Source: Phyllosticta citribraziliensis
Taxonomy: Eukaryota
Reading direction: 5' to 3'
Assembly (NCBI RefSeq): GCF_038025025.1
Contig: NW_027117340.1
Coordinates: 1,674,001-1,738,000 of the forward strand
DNA length: 64,000 bases
A program made the position numbers and the translations under genes. Shown here piece by piece: positions 23,213 through 34,193 of the stretch (position 1 is the first letter of the stretch; each line of letters starts with the position of its first letter). The notes under the pieces were generated by a model. That model was not told the origin of the DNA. It saw nothing but the letters and a program-made list of their open reading frames with translations, and ran no database searches.

Positions 23213-26200
23213 GTGGCGATTGGTTGGTTGGCGAGTGTGCGGGCTTCGGAGTCAGGGGGGTTTGGTTTCAGGGGTTGCGGACCTCTTCTACGCGCGCTCT
23301 CTCGTTCTTTTTGTTTTTGCTTTGGCTTTTTCCTGCCATGTAATTTTCTGCATCACTTGCTCCCTAAAAAAGAAACATTTGATTAATCGACGACATTGGA
23401 GGCCGGAGCGAAAACGTCTGGCTCTTCAGCTACACTTGAGGCTTTGTCCATCTCGGTCTGCTTTTCAAGCTGGATGCAACTTTCTCTACAGAGTTATCCT
23501 TCTAGTCTTACTCCACTCGAGACGTCTTTGGCTACACGTTTGGGTTGTCGCACCCTGATTTCCCAAGCTGGGGAGAAGAGCATGTACGCAAGTCCATCAA
23601 CCCATCACTTCGGCTTTCTCACAACACAGTACATGTGATTGGCCGGGAAATTTCACCGCGCGTATCCAACGACACGGTAGAAGAGGCGTGACGTGACCCA
23701 GAAAAAAAGTGAGACGACATCCGATCCAACGCTTTTTTTCTGGTTCCCGCATCGATCGATCGACGTCCGTGCAGCTTCGACGCGCAACTGCAACTGCCGC
23801 GCGAGGTTGGTTGGTTGCTTGTTCAGCTATCATGTCTGGGTAACCAAACCAGACCAGCTCCTGCTGTGTCAGTCAGTCAGTCAGTGCAGTCAGTCAGTCA
23901 GTCACCGCCTATTGCCATCCATCGCCTGTCATCATCACCAGATTTATCTGCTCGGAATCTGCATGAGCATGAGCATGAGCACGGGCTCAGCCAGGCAGGC
24001 AGGCCATCTCTTCACTCTCCACTCTGTGATGCTCTCACATGTTGGACGATGGTACTGCTGCTGCTGCTACTTGGGTACGAAAGCGTGCGTTCGTCGGACA
24101 AGGGTAGGCGAATAGCAGCACCATCCGACTACTTACCTACCTACATAAACAATCAGAAGACGGGCCAAGACAGAGAGAGAGAGAGAGAGAGAGATGTCTC
24201 AGCCAGCCTGCTCTCTCGGCGCAGACAGGTATTGCAGGGCAGGGCAGCAAGTGGGTAGCCGTTGTTGGTGCGCTTGGGTGGTGGGTGGTGGCTCCTTCCA
24301 TTCCCCGGATCCCGCCATGGCCTGCCTGCCTGCCGCCGCCGCCGCCGCCGCCGCCGCCAACCAGGAAATAGGGACTGACCGACAGACGGACAGCCACAGC
24401 TACAGCACAGGCAAGCGGCGGGCTGCGGGGCGTACCGCATAAGTCATGCGAGCCAGGCGGGCAATCAATCAATCAGCAGGCGGCGGCGGCGGACGATAGG
24501 GGGGTGAGCTGGGCTCCCTGGGCTGGTCTGGGCGGGGCCGCTGGCTGGCCTGTCTATGGAGAGAAGGTAGGGAGGGAGGGGAGCAGGGCATTGGATGACA
24601 GTCTGGCGGTCAGTCAATCAATCAATCAATGTGGGTGTGGCAGACGTCCGGTCAACGGGACAGCTAGCCAGATGGAAGGACACACACACACACACCCACC
24701 TAGACACAGAGAGAGAGAGGGAACCGGTAGGTTGGGCAAGGCAAGCCCACCACTACCACCACGGGCCTGCGCTACCAACGCACTTACACACGCGTTGTGC
24801 GCGTGTGGCCAGAGACATCGTCAGCGACGGACGAACGAACAAGAGAGACATGTGGTATCCAAGGACCGGGATGGGGGGTTCGTTGTTTGGGTTTTTTCGT
24901 CAAACCCCATGTACGATCGAGGGAGGGCGCCGCTGGGGCGTTCTCGCTCCCTGCTCGCCCCTCCGGTCAGTCAATCAGCAGACAGTGAGTGAGTGGGGTT
25001 TTTGCCTTTCTTTTTTCTCCGTCCCTTCGTTCGTTCGCGTATGTACTTAATACATAGTACTCCAGCGGGTGAGCAGTGACGACCAAAATCCAGCTGCTGC
25101 GCGCGCTCTTTTATTACTTTATACTCGCTTGCGCCGCTGTGCCACCGGTCTGTCTGTCCATGTAGCCTCCTCCTTCGTCAAGAGGACGGGCAAGTCACCT
25201 CTCAGAAGCCAGTTCTTTTGCTTTGGGAAGGGCGCGAGCAAGTGGTGTGATTCTTTTCTCTTCTTTTTATCCTCAAACCGCTTCTTTCATTTTTAATTTT
25301 TTCCACTTCCGCCCGACGCGGACAGGCGCTGCGGCATCATCGCCGTCACTGTCGTCATTATTCGAGCCCATCTGTCGTGTCTGTTTTCTTTCTTTGATTG
25401 TTTCTTCCTGCAACAAACGACTTGACGCCGGCCGGTGGGGCAACGACCGCGCTTCGTCCGGCCAGCCGGGCGCTTACGCGGGTTCTGTCGTTGATTGCTT
25501 TTTTTTCTTCCCTGAACTCGTTTGCGGAGATTTTCCCACACGCTGCTGCTGCTGCTTGGGGAAATGCAGACATTGGAGATGCGAGGTTAAGGGGTCTCGA
25601 ATTAGCTTTTTTGGGCAAGGCGTCCAGATATCGTCGTCTCCATTGTGCTTTTTCGTTTCTTTTCGGCGTCTACTCTGATGCTTGACTTGCCTTGTTCGGG
25701 TCGTGGGCGGACCGAGTGCGAACGGCATTGGAATACGATGGCCCCCCAAAAGTAAAGGTGAGTGCGCCCCGACGCGTGGCTAGCTATTGCTGCTGAGAAA
25801 TACTCTCACGATAAACGGACGGCTGGATCGTTACAGGACAGATGTGGCTTCTTTCGCAACGGTTAGCTGGCCATGTGCTGCGGTCAGCTCCCTGCCTGCG
25901 GCAGTCAGTCCCCTGCCCGGCCTGCATCTCTCAGTCCCTCGGCGTCGTTGAGGTTTTTCTTCCGTCTTTCGTCCCGTCCAACAGGTGACGAAGGAGTGAC
26001 TGCATCGGGGCTCGTCAACGATCACTCAATTCGATCCCCTAACAATCACCTCGGCACACTTTCCTTTCTTTTCCCCCGGGTCTGTTATTTTCACAAGCGT
26101 CACCGAAAAAAGCCCATGCGGCGCGGCGCGCGCACGCGGCGAGAAAGTTACGAACATTTCGCGTCCCACGTGCTCGCTCGTATCTCGCGGTCCGCTGTCA

Positions 26201-27290
26201 CCCACTGTCCCTCCCCTAGTCCAAGCCCGTACCGTACCGTACCATCTGGCCGGACGGTAGGCAGGCAGCTGGGGGCGGCTGGCTCGCTGGCTCACTGGTA
26301 GACGATGCGCATGCTCTCCCTGCTGTACACACATGATGCATGCATGCACGCATGTACGCACGCACGCGCGCCCCAAAAAAACACGCGAGGAAAGCAAGAA
26401 GCTCCGTCCACACGTTGCCCTCGACCGAGCCCACGGTACATTGACTTGGCTTGATTTGTCCGCCCTCAACTTACCTCCCAATTCCATTCATTCATCGCAC
26501 GACAGCTGCAGCTTCTGGCTAGCTGGCTGGTTGGCTGGCTCCATGCCTTGGCTCCGTCGCTCGCTTGTCTGCCAAATTAAATACTTAGCTGGGCACGAGC
26601 TGTCTGCCCATCTACCCATCGGCTGGGTCCGCGTACATACGTACATACATGCTGCCATTCGTCGTAGCGAGGAGCCGCCGCCCCTCTGTGTGTGTGCCGT
26701 AGGTACTTTGTACTTACCTGCCTACATATACGCACATACATACGTACATACATACATACATATACACCCGTCCGACGCGACGGCCATCGTTGGTTAGCCA
26801 GCCGTTTCCGTCACCGGCCTGGGCCACCGACCGGTCAGAAGGCACGCACGGTGCAAAATTGCGACTGTGGGATGGACGGGAAGGGAGAGCTTGTTCTTGT
26901 TTTCGTTTCTTTTTCTTCTCGGTTCTTCTTTTTCGTCTTCCGTGGTGGTACGAGTCGTTCTGCCTTGGAAGCGGCATTGTTTGCGTTTCCACCACCTCGG
27001 ACCTTGGCCGTTTGACGGCGGCGACTCTTCGTTAGTCAATCGTCGAAGTCTTTCTGTGTCGACATTGGCGGCGCATTTTGAGAATCGGAAAAGAGGCCGG
27101 TGGATACTGTCAGACATTCTTGATCAGTTCTTCGACCCTGTCGCGGATCTCGAGATCACATGGACCGCAATTGTCGGAAACTTTCAACCGCTGTCGGATC
27201 GCCGATTGGAAATTCTTTTCAATTGCTGCTTGTCTCCACTCCATTCGATCCAGTACCACGGAGCATTCCGTCACACAATTCTTACTAGCT

Positions 27291-28614
27291 TTACGATGAC
27301 TCCGGCCTCTGCCCATACACGACGTAACTTCGATTCCTGTCAGCGGCATGGATCAACCCACGACTCGCGAGAACTTACTAAGTAAAGTACGAGTGCGTCG
27401 ACTTGCTCTTGAAGTCGGCGACAACCTTGGCGTTGAAAACTTGGACTTCTTCCAGCGTCCATCCAAGGCATTTGGTAAACAGGCGGATGGAAAAGGCCTC
27501 GATTCCTTCAACGGCCTGCAGGAGGTTGAACATGCCGATTTTTTTCTGCTCACCGTTAGCGACCATTCCACTCTTGAGCAACTGACCATACCAATCTCTC
27601 CTCTTTCGCCCACGGTCCCAACGGGACCTTGTACGTCTTGACGGCAATGTTTTCGAACCCGGCGTCCTTGAACCATCCTTCCAACTTGGGGCCCGGCACC
27701 AGCTCCTTGCCCATGGCCTGGCAGCCCTTTTTCAGGTTCTCCACGAACTGGTGCATGTACGCGTCCGGCTTCAGCGTTCCGTCATCCGATCTGAAGTGGA
27801 CGTCGAACGCGTGGAACTCGGTCCAGCCGCCGGGCGTGGTCTTTGAGAAGGCGTTGCGCACGAGCGCAGCCCAATCGGAAATGGCGCCGTCCAAGTAGCG
27901 GCAGAAGACGAGATCGAACGGGCGCGCGTGCGTCCAGGGGGATTCGGCGTCGTCGACTTCGAACTTGACGTTGGGCGGCACCCAGGAAGGCTGGACCGGG
28001 CTCAGGTCGTTTCCCAGGATCTCAGCGTCGGGGTATTTGTCGCCTACCCGACGGTCAGCAACTTTGAAGCCATCAAAGCTTTGTGAGGTGGCGCACCCAT
28101 TTCTATCGCCCAAATGCCCTGTGCGACGTTAGCTTGGAATATTTTGTACGGGGTGAAATGAACTCACTGTTCCAGTGCCAACATCGAGGACCCTCCCCTT
28201 TTCCAACTGCTCCTTTTTGATTGGAGAGAGAAACAAGTCGCCGTTGAGGACCAGACCCAGCATGTTGTGGAAGAGGTCCAAGCGATCCTGTTCGTCCTCG
28301 TCGTTGGGCATGAAGTAGTCTCCGTCCTTGTACGCGTGGTAGCGGCGGCCGTGTTCGACGGGGTACGCCGTCACGCTCGAGGAGAGCGATTGCGAAAAGG
28401 CGGATCTGGAGGATGGTGATTAGTTCTTTGCGGCTCGGGGGAGCCTGGATTGCGCGGCTTTACAGTTGACTTTCGACATCTCCCAGCGCCGAATCGCCCT
28501 CAAACTGTGTGTCTGTTAGCTCTGGCGCGGTAAGGAATCATGCCAACATACGTCTGCGTCCACCTCGAGCGCCGCCACCGGATCGCGGTTTGCCGATGCT
28601 TCAGGGGAGGCCAT
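27291..28614 (-). CDS. LaeA-like (Llm/TdiE-type) SAM-dependent methyltransferase
   Basis: ATG 28614; introns 28505-28551, 28406-28463, 28119-28167, 28044-28096, 27546-27591, 27328-27378. Motifs EHGRRYHAYKDGDYFMPNDEDEQDRLD, VLDVGTGTGIWAIE, GNDLSPVQPSWVPPNVKFEVDD, YVVYGQRP. Confidence 0.92.
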
Positions 28615-29732
28615 GATCAAATGACGCAGGAAGAAAGACGAAAAAAGATCCCTTCAAAGACGGAGCAGCTTGAAAAACGGGAACTGCGCTTTAAAAGCCG
28701 ACAAACCCCTTTTGGATCGATGGCGGGATTGTCGTAGCCATGACCGCGACCAAGCTGGAAGGTGGTGGGTGCAGGTGGGTCCCGAGGCACAGCAATGCCT
28801 ATACCGTGAAGAACTCCGGCAACGTGGGGTGGGTCGCGTGAGTCGGAAATCAAACGGCTATCGTGCGGTCGATGAAGAAAAAGGCGAGGAGAAGGTGTTG
28901 TTCTGCTCCGTGTGCGGGCGGATACATGCATGATGACGTCCGTAGCGCGGTGTGCGTGTCGGAATGAAAAAGTCCCAGGGTCTAGCTGCAGTGGTGAAGA
29001 TGCCTGTGGTAGCGGATTACAGCGCCCTAGGTCCATTCATATTAGCGAATGAGTGATTCCTGGACGCAACCGTAGTGCCAGGAGACATCATTCTAGACAT
29101 CCCCCGTGGCGTCTTTCAACGCGAGAACACATGATTTGGTGTTTTTGTGTCGCGTCCAGGTACGCCTTACAGCTCGGGCCACCGCAGTGTCGTCACCTCC
29201 AAATGTGGGATGAATGCAATCCAAAGGCCAAATCTCAAGATTGAGAGCTACTACACGCTTTTCGCCGTCTTTAATTGCCGATCGCTTGTCGCCGTGCCGC
29301 TTCGCTTTCTTTTTGACTTTGTGAGGACAGGGGCGCGCGTCGAGGGTCGTTTTTGAACGCGCTGCCCAATCTCTTCCGCCAACCTCTTCTTCTCCGCAAA
29401 TTCATCACCAATTTCATCGATTATGGCGCTTCCAACAGCTTTCAATGCTCTCTGCTTGAGGGTGAGGCTTGAGAACGCCATTGACACAGTCACACGCCAT
29501 CCAAGCTTCAACACCATCGATCCCCGCCGCTCCAACTATAGTTTGCACTGTCTCTGGGACACCCTGCATCGAACTCGGTCTTAGCTCTTGCAAGTCGACT
29601 CTGGGAGGCTCGATGCTCGAGACCCTGCTGCTGTGGCAGAATGGGTCGAAGTCTTTGGGAGAGCTCAAATGGCATGCCGTACGTTTGTAGCCCTTGTTTC
29701 AACTGCTTTCCTGACTTTCCGCTGCAGCATCA

Positions 29733-31650
29733 ATGTCGGAGCCCACGGGTCTCATGCTCAACACCATCATGGGCAACCCAAACGCGCCGCCCCTCGATCT
29801 TGGAGAAGACATCGGACAAGCAGGTGCTTAATTGATGCCGGACACAAAGACCCGTGATTACATCCTAATCAGCTCGACGAACGGTCGCTGACACCTTTAG
29901 GCCAATACACCGAGAACCCTGCAGACCAACAAAACCTTGAAGACATTATCGATTTGGACGAAATTCTTCCGGGCTTCAACGTCCGCGACACTTTGGAAGA
30001 GGCTGCCAAGGAGGACTCCGAGGCGAAGGAGAAGGCAAAGTCCTAGTCAGAGGGCGAGTGGGAAGAAGGCGCAGACGACTCGGACTGCGAGGATATGGGC
30101 CCAGAAATGCCGCCTGCCGACCGGTCCCCGTTCATGGAAATCCCCCGCGAGCTCCACGAAGAAATCCATGCATACCTCGTGGTGGCCGAAAGGACCAAGC
30201 AGCCGCCTCTTCACTTGCTGCCGCACTGTCCCATGCAGAACCAGTGGAATCTCGCGACAAGTATCCTGCGCGTGAACAAGCAAGTCCATGAAGAAGCCCT
30301 CGGCGTCTTGGGTCGGCAAAACAAGTTCGTAGTGGTTGAGCGGGCTACGCAGAAGCTCAAGTCGACGCCGGAAGACCGGAAAGACGGCGAATGCCCCAGC
30401 TGCCCCATCTGGATTGGTCGGGCCAAATGGGAGGCCAAGTTGATTCCCGAGAGGTTATGCGGGTCAAATTTTCAGAGAAGAACAAAAAGGCCGATTCGAA
30501 GGACATTGACTACTTCATTTTGCTTGTCGAGGAGCTCGAAACTCTTTGCATCAACCTGAGCAGATACGTCACTGGTGGCGTGTACCGGACCAACGGCCTC
30601 GTTTGCGAGGTCAATATCGCACCTCCTCCCGAGGCAGAGACAAAGACAGTCATCCACCGCAGAGAGGATTCTCTTTTGAATCCACTCGTCCGACTTCGCG
30701 CCTTTGCCAAGGTCAACATTCAAGGCGCGAGCCCCGAAAAGACAATGAACACTGTCATGCAGATGAAGCGCAAGGAGCAGACTGCCTTAGAAGCTGTCAA
30801 GACTGGCGAACAGATTGCCGAAACCGCTGAGGCGTACAACAGAGTCGGCTATCACTTCATGTCAAATTCTTACCTGGATTGGGGCATAATTCTAATGGGC
30901 TTTTATGAGAACGATCTGCTCCAGGGGGAGATGGCTCGGCAAGAGTCGAGGAAGCCGTTGCACGTGCGCTTCCTGCTTCAAAAAGCCCTCAATCATCTTC
31001 GGCTGGGCGACTATGAACGAGCCATGGAAACTGGAAACAATGCAGTCCAATTTTGCAGAGAAGTTGGTGGTATGCCCGAATGGAGAGATATTCCCGGCGT
31101 GGATCAAAGCCAGACTCGGGGCGTGGTCAAACGCGGCGATTTCATGAAGTGGGCAACCAAGACGACGCTTGATCGTCTCGCAGCCCCCATAAACAGAAAC
31201 GCGATCACTCCCGTGGACGCCGCTCGCGCATTCTGGTACCGCGCCATAGCCATGGTGATGCTCCAAGGCAACAGCATCATGGAAGAGACTGACCGCATGT
31301 TTGCCATCTCGCTTCTCGACAACGTCGACAAGCAAGACGTCGCAAACGAGCTTGTCGCTTTGGCCGAGGATTTAGAAGATGAAGATCCGGAAATTGTCGA
31401 GGACGACGACAGGGAAATCAACGGACCGATCTCTTACCCGTCTAGACATGCACGGCGCTTCGCCGACGGGTCTTTTGCTCCCACCGACATTCCGGGTTAT
31501 AACATTCGGACTTGGGAGAGGCCCTATCCACCGGTTCCTCAGCCAAGACACCAAGTCACGGATGGTGGTATGCAATTCCTCTTCAGTCGGATCAACCCCA
31601 TGAAGGGCGCACCAGAGAGATTCCCTGGCACCAGATATACCGAGATGTAG
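29733..31650 (+). pseudogene. Disrupted gene for an F-box-like/TPR-like helical protein
   Basis: ATG 29733; intron 29824-29900; in-frame TAG at 30044-30046; apparent 1-nt deletion near 30449 between ORFs 30095-30559 and 30391-31650. SPFMEIPRELHEEIHAYLV..ILRVNKQVHEEA resembles fungal F-box-like segments. Confidence 0.6.
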
Positions 31651-32129
31651 GCGAAGTTTTGGCAAGCGTCTTGACAATGCGACCAAGTCTTACATACTGA
31701 TTCTGCCCGACGGTTTACCGAAAAAATATCGAATTCCTGTTTCGGCTCCCCACGTGCTTGACAAGCTTTCGTGCCGTGCCTCTTGGCTGGCTGACCTGGT
31801 TTCTTCGAACGGCCCAACATTCAGCTCGGCGGAGACTCCTCCGGCTCACACATCTCGCCTGTGGCAGCCCATTTTCTTCAGCTTTTGGCATTCCATGGCG
31901 ATGTTACTGATCACTTTGCGTTTGACTTTCTTGACGACGCCACACGCAGTCCAAGACTGACAACAGTAGCAAACCCAACATGCCGTCGCTGGGCACGCAT
32001 CAATGTAGCTGTAAGAGGAAGCTGCGGTGAGGCTGGCAACGATGGGTATGACAATGATAAAAGGCGATTGATTTCAGCTGGTAGTCCGGTTGGAATTCTC
32101 TCACAAACAAACAAAAGTTCCTTGACATC

Positions 32130-33665
32130 ATGCCTGTTAACTACCCGCTGTTCTGTATCCTCGCGGTACCTCTCTTCATTGCCCGCGGCTTCTCACAGGG
32201 AGCTGGCGACCCGCTTCTCACGACCATTAGCAATGATCCAGACTTGACCACCTTCTACAGTCTCTTCAATGCGACGGGTGGTCAATCTGGACTCCCAGGG
32301 CCAGATCTCGAAGAGCGCTTCAACGTACCCAACTTTGGACCCTATACAGCCTTTGCTCCGACCAATGACGCGTTCGACAAGGTCCCAGATCCAGTCATCG
32401 AACTCTTGACTGCTGCGTCTTCGTATCAGCTCGTCCTGGCCATCCTGAGGACGCACATCGCAAAAGGCTCTCTCCCACCAGACGACTTGAACAACGGAAG
32501 CGCCACCTTGGTCTCGGTCGAGGGCTTCCAACTCGAATTTCGACCCCAAGACGGTGGCACCAAGATCAATGGCCAGGCGGTGCTGAGTACCGATGCGCCG
32601 CTTCAAGCAGCTAACGGCATCGTGTATAAGATTGATCGAGTCATTGACCCGTTCGTTAGCTACTTTGGCGATGATCAAAATCAGGACAATGCAGTACCTC
32701 TCGACAATTTTCCCGGATTTGGTCAGAATCAGGATAATGGCCCTCAAGAAGATTTTCCCGGGTCGGATCAGAATCAAGATAATGGCCCTCAAGACAACAA
32801 CTCTTCGGGGAAAGATGGGAATGACAACAAAGACGCTCCTCAGGATAATGCTGCTGGACAAGATGGGAATGCTCCCCAGGATGCTCCCCAGGATGGCTCG
32901 TTCGGGCCAGATGAAAATCAGCAGAAGCAAGCCGCTCAGGGCCAGTTTCCTGACTCAAATAATAGCAACAAGGACAAGGAAGCCGACCAGGACAACTATT
33001 CTGGACCAGACGGGAACCAGGACAACAATGGACCACAAGACGACTTTTCCTGCCCAGATGATAACCAGGACAAGGGAGATCAGAATCAGCAAAACGGACC
33101 GGACAAGAATGGACCGCAAGACGACTTTTCCTGCCCAGATGACAACCAGGACAATGGAGACCAGAACCAGCAAAACGGACCAAACAATGAAGACGGGTTC
33201 TCCCAGGGAGGCTGCAATGGCACAATGGCGTCGATTCTTCTGTCAGATGCACAACTTTCGACGCTTGCAAGCGCTCTCCAGATCATCGACCCACCGTTCG
33301 TCAAAGTCCTGTCGCTGGACGGGCTGGGCAAGTCTCCCATCTTCTTTGCGCCATCCAACGGCGCCTTTGAGCAAGCAGGCTCCTCTGGATCACCTCAGCC
33401 GAGCAATGCAGGCGAGCTACCTAGATCATACTCCAGTGCGGTTCAGCCCAGCAACGTGGACTTCTCCTCCCTTCTTTTGAGATTCGGGTTGGTGCCAGAT
33501 GGCATCGAGGACGGCAAGGCCAAGTCAATTAGCGAGTTCGAGCTAATCATTGACGGGGGACGAATCAACAATGCGGTGGTGGAGAATATTGAATGCGGAT
33601 GTAACGGCTGCGTGGCGCGCGTCTCGCGATGGATTGATCCAATTTACCGCGTCTTTGACCGGTGA
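32130..33665 (+). CDS. Secreted fasciclin (FAS1) domain protein with a D/Q/N-rich repeat spacer
   Basis: Signal peptide; FAS1 motifs YTAFAPTNDAF, AANGIVYKIDRVI and a second FFAPSNGAF..NGCVARVSRWI; intronless. Confidence 0.85.
   Translation: MPVNYPLFCILAVPLFIARGFSQGAGDPLLTTISNDPDLTTFYSLFNATGGQSGLPGPDLEERFNVPNFGPYTAFAPTNDAFDKVPDPVIELLTAASSYQLVLAILRTHIAKGSLPPDDLNNGSATLVSVEGFQLEFRPQDGGTKINGQAVLSTDAPLQAANGIVYKIDRVIDPFVSYFGDDQNQDNAVPLDNFPGFGQNQDNGPQEDFPGSDQNQDNGPQDNNSSGKDGNDNKDAPQDNAAGQDGNAPQDAPQDGSFGPDENQQKQAAQGQFPDSNNSNKDKEADQDNYSGPDGNQDNNGPQDDFSCPDDNQDKGDQNQQNGPDKNGPQDDFSCPDDNQDNGDQNQQNGPNNEDGFSQGGCNGTMASILLSDAQLSTLASALQIIDPPFVKVLSLDGLGKSPIFFAPSNGAFEQAGSSGSPQPSNAGELPRSYSSAVQPSNVDFSSLLLRFGLVPDGIEDGKAKSISEFELIIDGGRINNAVVENIECGCNGCVARVSRWIDPIYRVFDR
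33027..33188 (+). repeat. 81-bp (27-codon) tandem duplication inside the fasciclin spacer
   Basis: NGPQDDFSCPDDNQD(K/N)GDQNQQNGP occurs twice, starting at 33027 and 33108. Confidence 0.9.
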
Positions 33666-34193
33666 GCGTCTGCTGTTTCTTTCCAATTCCTTGTCGCTTT
33701 TCTACTGAAGTCTTGGTCTTTTCCAGCCTCCATAATTTCTAACCATCAATGGCATGTTCTGCTTGAGTTGTCAACGGACTTTTCTTGCGCGCGGTGTGGG
33801 CTGCCGGACTTTGATGCCATGTCCGAGTCTAATGCAAGACAGCATGGTATAGCACGATTGACAGCGTGTGATTTTCTGCAAGGCGGCCAAGGATGCTAAG
33901 AGACCCAAGTCGTAAGCTGACGGCGAATGTGGAGTTGCATCAAACCACCGTGAGTAAGCAGGGAGCCTCCTGGTAGCTACTAGCCGCGAACTAGTGCCAC
34001 CATGGACGAAGCCAGCCGATGTTTGGGCAAACGCGCGCCGGTCCCCTAGTTCGGCCGCGACGGCCTCGTGAAAACGAAAAGTCCGAAGCAGCACGTCAGC
34101 CCGGAAGACTTTGGATTCTCCGCGAATATAAAGCAATCAATTTGTCAACTATTTCTCTGCATCTGCTGGGATTTTCTGGATTACTCGCGGAAA

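Noticed and set aside
26710..26722. TACTTACCTG resembling the 5' end of U1 snRNA
   Set aside because: It is followed by (TACA)n low-complexity sequence with no U1 stem-loops or Sm site; more likely a minus-strand donor-like motif.
28930..29060. ATGATGA box C-like motif (C/D snoRNA candidate)
   Set aside because: No CTGA box D at a suitable distance and no terminal stem.
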